From Dicyema japonicum (lineage: Eukaryota > Animalia > Dicyemida), in the NCBI GenBank assembly GCA_011109175.1, contig RDEW01000041.1:310001-374000 (forward strand): 64,000 nucleotides of DNA, in the 5' to 3' direction. Positions within the stretch are counted from its first letter, which is position 1, and the number at the start of each line of letters is the position of its first letter. The notes beneath the pieces were generated by a model that saw nothing but the letters and a program-made list of their open reading frames with translations, had not been told where the DNA came from and did not search any database. A program made the translations under genes and the position numbers. Positions 11,560 to 23,159 of the stretch are shown here, one piece after another.

Positions 11560-14400
11560 AATAGCACTTCTGCGTTGCCATAAGCACGTAAAATGCCTAG
11601 GGGCTTGCTCGTGCCGTACACTCGACTATCCTCTCAGTCAGCCCTCTCCATCGTTTCTCGCGCGTTTACGAATATCCTCAAGATCGTCTCCAGTTTTGAG
11701 TCGTCCGCCAATTCGTGCGTAATCGTTGTTAAGGCAGAGAGGAAGCGTGGCCGACCCCGAAATCCAATTCCATGATTCGAATAGTAATCTTCCATGATTT
11801 GATTGCAAGGAATCACTTTGTCCATTCTCAGAACATGTCCGAAAAGTCGCCAGCGTGAGGTAATTACTTCTCTGCTCATTGGTTTGCATTTACATAATTT
11901 GTAGAGAGTGTCGTTTCTGATAATCTGTGGCCATTTGATTCCCGAAATTTTTCTCAATTGATTTCTATGAAATGTGTCTAGTCTGTCAAGGTCAGTTTTT
12001 GAAGTTCCCCATGTTCCCGAGTTATTTAATAGGACTGGTTGTATGAACGCGTTATATAATCGCATCAGAAGATTTAAGGAGATAAGTTTTCTGAGAGTCC
12101 AAATACTCCACATCTTTTTCAATGCACACGATGCCAACATCTTTCTACGAGCAATGTCCTCAGCATCACCCAAAAACGAGCCGAGCCTTTTAGTAAACCT
12201 TCATTTCTCATCAATCCGTGTCGGTAACCGATGAATCGAAGTTGACTCCGTTTTTTCTGAGTTGATCTTCAAAGACCACCTCTCCAGAACTGCTGTGGCT
12301 TTATCTACTACAGTTCTTAGTATCTCCACATTCTCAGACACAAAATCGATGTCATCAGCATATATTAATTCCACAAAATGATTATTTAAGTGACCCAATT
12401 CTTTTCTAACGTCCCTCAACTCAGCTTCCAAATAGATTGCAAAGAGAACTGGAAAAAGCGAGTCCCCTTGCGAAGTACCAATCACAGTCGTGAATTTTTC
12501 CGAATAGCCCTTCCCCACTTTCACTATGAGGCTCGTGTCAGCCAGCAAAAAACGCACAATCCTCAAACAGTCCTCATCAATTATGTCTTTGAGAACTTGC
12601 AGTAAGCCACCGATGACTCCATATCGATCTCCTGGTCTGAATCCGCTTTGACTTGGTGACAAGTATTGGTCAACTGAATTTGATATTCGATTCAATGTTG
12701 TAATCGACAATGTTTTTCGCAAAGTGGTCAAAAGCACGATCGGCCTGAGATTTTCAATTGGACTTGCAGATTTGCCGTGTTTTTGTAAAGGAAGTAGAAC
12801 TCCCATCGCGATGTCAATTGAACAATGAGTCCTGAATATCTTGTTGAATATAAAAGTTATCTTTTCTGCTGCTGGGTTGGTGCGTATTTTAACGACTCCC
12901 ACAAATATTGTCATATCCAGCTGCTCTGTTGTTATTCAGGCGAAGGAGTGCTCCGCGAATCTCGGAATCCGTAAACACATTATTAAGTGAACGAAACTGT
13001 CCTTCGAATTGTGTGATGGGTAAAATATCCTCTCGATTGAACTGCTTGCTAAAGTGTCGGGCTATAAGTGCAGCAGAACGGTTGGCGTCCAATTCAAAGT
13101 GACCAAACTCATCTTGAAATTTTAAATTGGTTTTAGCTGACCCGCGGTTGAGTAAACGCACAGCCATAAACATTTTTACACCTGAATGTGATCTTTCCGC
13201 TTCCAATACTCGTTGGTCCAAAAAGTCCGACCATGATCGGAGCACATTCTTCTTAATTTCGTGTTGGATTGTATTCCGCATTTTTTTTAATTCTAATTTT
13301 CGTTCAGGATCACAAGTTTCAATTTGAAGTCTTATATATCGTTGAGGAATAGACAATTCATTGACTGTCGAGTTATATGCTCCTTTATATCTTCCTTTCA
13401 TAGTATTTTCTCGAATCCCAACTGTTTCTTCGGCAGCCGTCATTATGGCTTCAGAGATTCTTTTCCACACGATGTGGGGTAGGCCATCCATAGAAATATT
13501 GGATAGATGCTTGTCTATTCGCTGCTGGTATCTCGTGAGGAGTACAGGATTATTAACTAATTCTTCTCCCGCTATCATCTGTGTTTTTCTGGGACGTGCA
13601 TGATTCGCAAATAATATTCCATAATGCCTGCTAAGATTCAATCGACAGACTACGATCTAGTGATCGCTATTTGCCAATGCTCTTCCATACGAACGAGAGT
13701 CCACTAATAATCTCTTGTGCGACTGCTTGAAATATAATCTATTTGATTGAATATTTTTTTTCTCTCCATTTTTCTTTGTTTTACAACCTACCCAGGTGGT
13801 CTTGTGTCGGGCGGCGTAATGAAATGCCGTGTTGCACAGAAACAAATCGTAGGTATTACAAAAGTCGATCATAAAATTTCCAGATGAATTTCTATATTTC
13901 CTTCCTTGATTACCAATGCAACGTTCACCTCTCCGTTAAATTCCTGACTTTGAATTCCAGTCTCCCACAATAAAAATTAGCGTGGACGAGCAGAGTTGAG
14001 AGTATACTCTTGATAATCTCATATAAAAATCATCAAGCTCATCCATAGATGTTAATAATCTTCCTGTGTGGAGAACATACAAATTTATGCCAGTCACAAT
14101 CGATCTCTTATTACGTAATCCGATATTAGTCTGGATAATAGCAATTTGGTCTGTGCCCCTCCATATTTTTTTTCCACAAGTGAGATGTGTATAGCAAAAC
14201 TCATCCCATAATGACGGGAGTCGGATGGTAGTCATATTAACCGGTAATTGTCATAGCATACATCTCGTTCCACTGTCACCTTCGTCTCTTGCAGACATGC
14301 CACACCGGTTTTGTATCATTCTAGATCCGTACATAGAATGTTCTGTTTGATGAATTCCTCTGACATTGAAAGATGTAATGGAAAAAAGCGTAGAGTGGAT
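11560..14400 (-). mobile_element. Degenerate RTE-clade LINE (APE endonuclease + RT)
   Basis: GDWNSK, NSDH, RPIVLL, QGDSL, YADD, RWRLFGHVLRM, GRPR; frameshifted. Confidence 0.9.
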
Positions 14401-14561
14401 TGATCGAGAATACGATAAGACATTACAATGAAAGTGGTGTCAACCAACTCAACTTAAATTAAAAGCTCTTTTAAAAATTTTTAAAAACAGAAATAATTAT
14501 TTAATTTTTGTTGAATAACCAAAATGAAATAAAATAAAAGTAATGAAATACAAAATTAATT

Positions 14562-15264
14562 ATGGAATCCATAAAATGTTTGGTTGTTGGAGACAGGTAA
14601 ATTAATAAAAAATAATTTAGTGCAGTCGGGAAAACAAGTCTCCTTCTTACGTATACAAAAACTTCCGTCAATACTTCATCCATTCCCAAATTGCATCCAT
14701 CACTATTTATTTGTAGATTCGAAAACTACTCTCTCCAAATAATGACAAAAAAGGACAAAGCTACGTTCCCCGTTCAATTGGATTTGTGGGACACAGCAGC
14801 AGATGACAATTACGACCGCCTCAGACCTATATCGTACGCCCAGACTGTTTTATAGTATAAAATATTCCTAGGACGTGTTCTTAGTGTGCTTTTCTGTGGT
14901 CATCCCCCAGTCTTTTCGGAACATTGAATCGAAGGTACCTTTAACGGAAAATGGTAGTGGCTTCCGGAAATTAACTTATATTGCCCCGAAGCGATATTTT
15001 TGATTGTGGGGACACAAAGCGATCTCCGAGACGACAAGGAAAAGATCCAAGAACTCGAGACATTGAACATGTCTCCTATAAAGTACAACGAAGGACAAGA
15101 ACTGAACAAACGAACAGGTTTGTAAGAATCCCATGATTGGAGGTGGAGTAAAGTACATTGAATGTTCCTCCCTCACCACATCTAATATTAAGGAGGTCTT
15201 TGAATATTCCATCAAATCTGCTTTATCCCGAAAACTCAAAAAGAAGATCTGCAATGTGATATGA
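14562..15264 (+). CDS. Atypical Rac/Rho-family small GTPase, 5 introns, CaaX end (CNVI)
   Basis: MESIKCLVVGDSAVGKT...LWDTAADDNYDRLRPISYAQT|DVFLVCFS...VGTQSDLRDD...YIECSS...KKKICNVI*. Introns are 24, 24, 25, 23 and 25 nt, at positions matching human RAC1 as I recall them. Confidence 0.9.
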
Positions 15265-15282
15265 CGTCATAAATTAATTAAA

Positions 15283-16089
15283 ATGCGTTTCCTGGTGAGG
15301 CGTTGTTTTCTAAGAAAATTTATAATTATTTGTATCTTCCCTTTCTAACACATTATTGTGCTTCATGAACAACTAATAAAAGGATATTCTAGGCTTTTTG
15401 TCTCCAATCTCAATTCTTGACAGAGAGTGCTTATTGGGGGAACTTATGTGATCTGTCTTGAGGTTATTTCGAGTGAGAAAACCGATTCTAACAAGAAAAT
15501 CACAGCTGATACTCCCAGAGATCCGCCGGATATATTTGGTGATGCGCAAACTCGGAGGGGACCCGGACGAGAGAAGAGGTATTCTGGACGTCATAAAGAA
15601 ATCTATGTGGTGACTTCAAAGTTGGCGCGTTAAGTAGACACAAAAGCTTCTCTTCCGTCAATATTCGGTGGAAGATTTTGGCACCAAGGCTTTTGATGGC
15701 ATTTCTCAATTCGTGTAGTCCATGTTAATAAAGACACGTTAAACGAAAGAGTTCACGTTCCAAGTTAAATTTAAACTTGAATCAGAATTTGTTGATTATT
15801 TTAAATTTATTTTCTCTCACCATAAAGTTCAAAAAATTGTAAGAAATGCCTGCGGTATTAATCCTTTAAGGGACGAGTAGAAATGATCATTTATTGTGAT
15901 GAGAATATTCTGAAGGAAGATCATCTTGGGTGCAAAATCGATGGGAACTTTGGAATGAAAGTCCTATAGAGCTAGGACTGGTCTTAGAGACTACAGGGGG
16001 CACTTAATTATTTGGGTCCGAATCAACCACCAAAATTCTTAACACAAGAACGCTTGAAGAAGCTCTTTTCCTTTAATTTTAGCATTTAA
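15283..16089 (+). CDS. Candidate multi-exon gene of unknown function
   Basis: A chain of 19-36 nt GT..AG segments joins open frames ending ...GRVEMIIYCDENILKEDHLGCKIDGNFGMK|RLQGALNYLG...FSI*. The 5' exons are unresolved. Confidence 0.35.
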
Positions 16090-16143
16090 TGATTCTTTCT
16101 AATTGTCATTTAACGAAAATTAAAGATGCGATGAATCTGCCAC

Positions 16144-16235
16144 GTGGCGCCATCGTTAGTGTGGTGCTATGTGACTACTTGAATTAAAGATTTTTTGTTT
16201 GTTTCTTCTGTTCCTCCTCTCCCTTTTGGCTCCAG
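16144..16235 (+). mobile_element. SINE family A, 5' fragment
   Basis: gtggcgccat...gtggtgct...ctgttcctcctctc matches the copy at 62411. Confidence 0.5.
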
Positions 16236-16756
16236 GATGACGGTGGTCTTGTGGGTCAATAAATTTAATCTCAAACAGCTGCTGAGTCTAAGTAATTTCA
16301 AATCCATCAGAATCCAGTTGTTGTGTTAGTATGGTTAACATTGTCGCCGGTGAATGAAACTAAACTGAAGAACAGAGATATCTAATCTTTCTTCTTCCAT
16401 TTGTCTTAACACGTGGCTTATACTATAGGAACGAGAATCGGAATCCCATCGACCCCCCACTCAAGTAAACAAAGCTGGTTTATAATAAAAAATACTCAAT
16501 ATGAGAGTTTTACTATCAAACACGTGGAATTAATGTTGTTTTGAAATGTTTCGGTATCAGGCTTTGAATTATGTGGGTCACCTTCTTGTGGTAATGAGCA
16601 GACGTTATTTCGTTCATAACTGTAAAAGGCACTCTTCAATTTCCTCCTTCACCAATTGTCATCGTGGCTATGTTTGGGATGGATTCAACCTCATACATCT
16701 CCCATATAAACGGGAGAACTAATTAATTCCCATTTACACCAAAGTCAATAAAATAG

Positions 16757-19430
16757 TGGATATGTTATGTTATCCAATTAAGTCGTGTCCGACCCTTGGA
16801 GATCTCATGAACAGTTTCCTCTACTCTCCCCGATCCGTCGCAATTTTGAGTAGTCTTGATAAAGGCATTCCGGTGACGTCTGCCACCGTGGATAGCCACC
16901 GAGTCTTCGGTCGACCAGGTCTTTTCTTCCCAGTAATATTGCTCAGGATAATAGTTTTTTCCTGAGAGTCAGAGCGGACAACATGCCCAAAGAACGCCAA
17001 TCTGTGTTTTACGATTCTTCCTTCTAGCGAAATGTCCGTCTCCACCCGTTTGAGTACATCGGTGTTTGTTATTTTGGAAGTCCAAGGGATTCTTAGTAAA
17101 CTCCTCCAGCACCACAGTTCAAAAGCATCAATTTTTCGTCTATCCGACTTTTTCAGTATCTATGTTTCAGCGACGTATAGAAAAACCGGGAACACGATTG
17201 CATTAACCAGTTTGCATTTGGTCCTTAAGCAAATATTTCTGCTTTCCAAATTCTATTCATTCTCTGGAAGGCGATCCGTCCCATGGCAATTCGCCTCTTG
17301 ATTTCCAAGCCTCCGTCACCATTCAGATTGATTAGACATCCAAGAAAGACAACATTATCGCAACTCTCTATTTTCTCATTCCCAATTTTTAGTTCCATTA
17401 TTAGCAGTCGTCATAATTTTGGTCTTCTTGATATTTACCAATAACCAAAGACGGCGCTCTCTTCTCTGAATCTTAGAATCAACTTCCTCCTCTGTTTTAG
17501 CCAGCAAGGTTGTATCGTCAGCATAGCGCAAATTATTGATGTTCCTGCCTCCAATTTTCATCCCGTTATTTGATACAGTATCCAATTTAGTCATGATCAT
17601 TTCGGCATAAATATCGAATAGGATGGGAGATAATAAGCATTCTTGTCTTACTCTTTTACCAATTTTGAACCAATCGGTATCTCCATGCACTGTTCTAGCA
17701 GTAACTTCTTGATCCTTATAAAGAGATTTGATAAGCAATATTAGATGGGCAACGAATCCAAATTCTTTTAAAGCGGACCACAGCTTGTCATGTATAACGG
17801 AATCAAAAGCCTTCCGATAGTCAATGAAGCACATGTATACACTTTTTTGGGATTCATGGGCTTTTTCTATAATCCACCGGACATTTGCTATATGGTCACG
17901 TGTGCCTCGTCCCTTCCTGAATCCTGCTTGGACATCCGGTAGAATCATTTCGGCATTTGGCATTAGACGATGTTGTATTATCTTTAGAAGTATTTTGCTG
18001 ACGTGTGGAATTAAGGCTATTGTACGATAGTTTGAACAGTCCTTGCTATCGCCTTTTTTCGGTATTGAAATAAAAATAGATCTTTTCCACTCGCGTGGCC
18101 AAATACCAGTTTCCCAAATTTTTTGACATAGACTGATGATCGCTGTCACCAGTATGGCCTTCAACAATTCACTTGAGATGTTGCCAATCCCCGGTGCCTT
18201 GTTCCCTGTTAATTGCCGTCTAGTCCACACGTATTCCACCTCAAGGATTTTTTGCCCCTCACCCAACGTTGCTTTATCAACATACATGGGTAGGCACACG
18301 GTTTCTGAAAATAGTCGTTCAGTATATTCTCTCCAACGATTTCGGATGTTCTGTTGGCTTCGCAATTCTACACCACCTTTGTCCTTGATTTTGCCCATCA
18401 TTTTCGTCTAGGTAGTATGTAATCTTTTTAGTTGTAAATACGTATTCCTAGTGTGACCTCTCTTATAGTTATCTTCCGTTTTTTTGCAGCGTAACCTCCA
18501 GTAGTCTTCGTTATCCTTCCTGGCTGCCTTTTTGAATTCAGAGTTAAGTTTTCTGTCATTCCATAATTCATCAAGCATCCTTCCGTTCAAATCCAGTAAT
18601 CCAATATTGTGCTTAACTTCCATTGCGTATTCTGGTGGTATGTTTGAGACATCGAATTTCTCTACTCGGGGGTATTCCAAGTGATACTGAATTTCGTCCT
18701 AATTTTTGCAACAAGTAGCTGATGGTCTGTTCCACAGTCTGCCCCTGGATATGTTTTGACGGCTGTTATAGAGCTTTTCCAACGTTTTACGCACAAAACA
18801 TAATCAATCTGGTTCCTAGACATTCCATTTGGCGACGTCCAAGTGTATAATCGTCGTTTGTGCTGTTTGAACCATGTGTTAGTTATCTGAAATCCATTTT
18901 CCTGACAGAATTGGACCAGTCGATCCCCAGCATCATTTCTTTTCCCCAAACCAAAACTTCCCACAATATCAGTATGCATACACCCAACTTTTGAGTTGAA
19001 ATCCCCCATTATGTAGATTGTGTCCTTTTTGGGTATTCGTTTTAGTGCCTCTTGAAATTCATAATAAAATTGGTCAATTTCGTCATCCTTGGCAATAGAC
19101 GTTGGGGGATACACTTGCATGACCTTAATATTCAATGGTCGTCCACGGACGTGGATTAGTATTATCCGATCATTAAATATTCTATGACTTTCAATAGCAC
19201 GTGCAATCAAGCCTTCTCATTTCTCTTTTTACGACTTATAGTTTCCCTACGTCTAAGCCTCTTACGTTCCATGTTGCGAAATTGTGAGATTATGTGTGAC
19301 GAATACTCGAGATTTGATGTTTTGCAGCAACGTTGCTTCCAATTAGATCGTAGGAGAGTTTGCTCATAAGATTTTCTTGGCATTTAAATGCAGGGTAGGT
19401 TGCCAGGTCTTTCCCCATCAACAGCTCTTA
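16757..19430 (-). mobile_element. RTE (BovB-like) LINE, long degenerate copy
   Basis: APE (GDFNSKVG, NQIDY, GADCGTDH) and RT (NYRTIALI, DYRKAFD, LRYADD). The 3' end GGGTCGGACACGACTT is followed by a short TAACA repeat. Confidence 0.92.
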
Positions 19431-19892
19431 TATTGGGATAATTTCAAAGAATGTATAAACACCACACACGTTGTAACAACACGTGAATCACGTTTTAACA
19501 ACACGTGAAAATAATGGATACTTTCCCATAAATTATTAACTCCAGGCTTATAATGGTAAGCCTTCAGACAAATTAAAAAAAGTAATTAATTCGTCAATAT
19601 GAAGGGCCTATTTGAGGGTATCATTTGAGAAGTCAGACGGGAGACTAATTGCTATTAATATTCAAGGTTTACTTAATTGATTTCCTATCAATCCTAGAAT
19701 ATTACGTAATGTACCCCATTTCCCCCCACCTGAACTCTTCCTAAGAGACATCACACAGTAACCATAAGCGAAAATTCAGAGACTTTTCGAAATATCTAAT
19801 TATTGAAAGGCACGTGGTATTGATTGCCCAAATTGGTTCATCGATTACTAAAGGGAATGCTATATAAGTAAAAAGCCGTAAAATTTATAGTT

Positions 19893-20594
19893 ATGGTGTT
19901 TGGCACGGATTACAACTTTGACACAGAAATTGACTTGAGCCGAAAACGTTTACTAAAAGATATTCGAGAATTTGAAAACAAAGTAATTTGTGATTAAAAT
20001 CAGGATGGATTAAAGCTAGTTTATACTGACATTGTATCAGGTAATATTGAAGTCATTATCGACGGACCTCCTAACTCCCCATACGAAGGGGGGAAATTTA
20101 CAATATTCTTAAAGATATCGGATATGTACCCATTCAAGCCTCCAATCGTAATATTCTATATTATTCATAGATGTCGTTCAAAACACCAATATTTCATCCG
20201 TGTATCATTCCTAGCAGTGGCAGATTCTCCCCAATGTTTTCAATTGACTGGTATGATTATAACCTATTTAGGACTACACCAGCGACTTTAGAGTGTCTCA
20301 TGAGATCCCTAATGGTTTGGATGACACACACAAAAATGAGTAGTGACTGTAACTTAATATTCAATGAAATAAAAGACTACAAATTTTTTTACACGATGGC
20401 TGAATACTTTACATATCGTTATGCCGAAGGTTAGCAATTGGTTCACTGTAGGGGTGAAGTACAATAAGCAAGTAAAGGAATACGCAGATGAAATCTACAA
20501 AAAAAAATATTTCAGAACCAGTGGATATGAATTCCGATTTGTTTGTCGGAAAATTCTTAAATTGGTCAAGAGGAAGAAATTGATCCTCGAATGA
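19893..20594 (+). CDS. Ubiquitin-conjugating enzyme-like protein without catalytic Cys (UEV-like); possible upstream exons from ~19515
   Basis: KRLLKDIREF...IDGPPNSPYEGGKF...YPFKPPI|MSFKTPIFHPCIIPSSGRFS. Introns are 21, 23 and 22 nt. Confidence 0.8.
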
Positions 20595-21010
20595 ATCATG
20601 ATTATTTAAAGTTCCTTCATTTTCTTTACCTAACTAATAAACCACAAGATAGACTTTATCGTTACTTCATACTTTATCGGGATACCTGATAAAATCTACT
20701 GCCCTAGCTACTTCACATACCTAACTAAAGACATCATAATCGTCCAAGATCCCAAAGGTCAGCTGAGATCACACAAATGGCAGTGAAGATCTCATTTTGA
20801 TCGAAAACTCCATGAATTAGTTCTTCACGAAAATTGAATGGAGGCGAGGTGGCTAACAAGAACGTCACACCCAAAAGCGGACCCTCTCAGAGATCCAACG
20901 GGTGTATTCGTTCTGTGCAGAACTGGGAAGCAGATCCTAACAAGAGAAGAGGTAGCAGTGTATTGGTCATCGAGAAGGCATTGTGGGCTAAGTGGGGAGG
21001 TAGACTGTCC

Positions 21011-21320
21011 AATTATTATTAGCCCCAGATACACCGAGAAAGAAGTTAACAGTAAACAACTAGTTAAGTGTATCCAGTTTCCACCGTTACAAAAACAGAG
21101 TCCTTCAACGTCACACAAGTCCATACAGAACCAGCATAAAAGTTGAGAGACGTCAATTCCTTGCAATTGTCGAAACCTCTCCAGTAGAGCGGGGGAGAGC
21201 AAATGATCCTTTTTCGTGCCAGTCTGGCACTGACGCCACTCTAGTAGGAAAGGGAAAAGGAGAAGCAGAAAAAGCAAACAGAAATCTTTAACCATTAGCC
21301 ACATAGCGGCCGAAACCAAA
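21011..21320 (-). mobile_element. SINE family A copy
   Basis: Reverse complement of the aaaaaggatcatttgctc and ggaaactggatacacttaa blocks of the copy at 62411. Confidence 0.85.
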
Positions 21321-21456
21321 CGTGGAATACTTGTCCAATCCTTAAAGAGCTAAAGGTCTTTGAATTGCCTAAAATAATTCAGATCGCAGAAAAAAGCTCT
21401 TTCAAATACAAAGGCTTATTAAATGATTATGTCATAGTTTCACAAAATTTGCTGGA

Positions 21457-22568
21457 TTAAATCGGTTCCTCTGCTAGTCTTATATTTACTTGTTTGGTCT
21501 TCAGAGATTGATTCTCAACCTGCAGGAACCTCAACCATTCATGAAGACATCGACTTGTGCTTTCCACCTCTCCAACAATGATGCACAATGAAAGAATGGT
21601 TCCATCCTCCTGTTCGTGAACGGATTTGACCCGATTTAGCTTTCTGCAGTCCTCTTCATTCTCAAAGTAAAAGTTAAAGAAGCTTTCATCCCCCACGTGC
21701 ACAGTCCCACCCCCACGAGACATCAATACGTAGTGACTGAACACTCGACTCCTTAAATAGCTCCTATATGGACCGGAGATGAAAAACTCTTCATTTTCTG
21801 TTTTCTCCAGCAGTTCCCTCTGGCTGGGACTTTGAGAAGACAAAATATATGCAGGGACTCTCTCAGCCTCCAATTTATGGCACGTGATAACCGCCTCCAG
21901 GTCAAAGGACATCCTCTTCAAAGCCATCCTTGCAATTGCGAGATCCATCTCAGTTTGGTCGGCGATATCCGTAGGGAATTGGGACCGGCAATGGATTTCA
22001 TTCCTTTGATCTTGGGAACCCAGTACATTGTCCGGAGGTACTTTTTCATTGCGTGAGAATTAATTCCGAAGATACTGCTGATCACCATGCCCATGTCCTC
22101 GGATGGAATAACTCCTAAAATATTTCACAGATCCTTACCATTCTGTTCCATACACGTGAGCAAAAAGACGCAACAGTACTGCTGCTTGGGGTAGTGGATG
22201 AACTCCCTCTGCCACGCAGACTGTGCAACCATGGTCCCCTTTGGGAAGACTTCGAGGAGGTCGACATAGGAGTCGAGGTTGTCGTGGATGTTGAATTTCT
22301 TGATGGGTTAAATTGCTTACTTTCATGTTTTCTAAAGCTCCGTTGATGAACTCCACGTGTCCACGTCTGAGAGTGCCCTGTTTGTGGAGGTAGAAGTCGA
22401 TGGCGGCACGGAAGATCTTTATGTTGGTTTTCCGCGAATTTGTCGGCTGGTTTGTGAGAAAGCTCTCAAAGGTGATTAAATCTTTGGGCTTTTCGGGACT
22501 CCTTGAGAGATTTTCCTGACGAATACTTTAGCTGATCTGACTAGAAATATCATCTATCACGTACTCAT
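21457..22568 (-). CDS. ECSIT: ECSIT (Toll-pathway intermediate / complex I assembly factor)
   Basis: RRGHVEFI.GAL, LLEVFPKG, HYPKQQYCC, HEQEDGTILSLC, WLRFLQ. Introns are 22-24 nt. One or two apparent homopolymer frameshifts; start codon approximate. Confidence 0.88.
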
Positions 22569-22786
22569 AGGATTTAAATTATTTTTAATAAATTAATTTA
22601 ACTATTTTAATTTATGGAAAGGAGGAGGGATGTCAGAGAGAAGGGCTGGCTCATTGAGCGCATCTCCTTACAGATCGTAAGGGGAAATGCGCTCTCAATC
22701 CTGAGAGCAGCCAGTAGCCTTTAACTATTTGGTTTTATTCTTCAATAAATTGTTATTGTTTAAAAAAAATTTATGGACTTATCCGC

Positions 22787-23090
22787 GTGGATCCATGTGG
22801 TGCTGTGTGGTTAATTGGTTAAAGTTTTCTGCTTGCTTGTCTGTTCCTCTTCTCTCTTCCTATTAGAGTGGCGTCATGTGATCCACCTCTCTAGGTGACG
22901 CCCAGTGCCAGGTCGGCAAGAAAAAGGATCATTTGCTCTCCCCCACTCTACTGGACAGGTTTCCTCAACTGCATGTAATGGACGTCTTACCCTTTATGCT
23001 GATTCCGGATGGACTCTGTAGAAGTGGAAACTGGATACACTTCATTAGTTGTTCACTTTAACTTCTTTCTCGGTGTATCCGGGTTATTAA
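22787..23090 (+). mobile_element. SINE family A copy
   Basis: Near full-length match to 62411-62725. Confidence 0.88.
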
Positions 23091-23159
23091 ATGTTAAATG
23101 TTTTAATTTATAAACGACAAATTAATTATCTCATTTTGATCGGAAATAAAAAGTTAATA

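Noticed and set aside
19515-19546. GA-AG introns as a new intron class
   Set aside because: Seen only in two unvalidated gene models. None is needed in the conserved genes, and an alternative GT donor exists upstream here.
20825-21319. 164-aa ORF with a signal-peptide-like start
   Set aside because: It largely overlaps a SINE family A copy, so it is likely a chance open frame.
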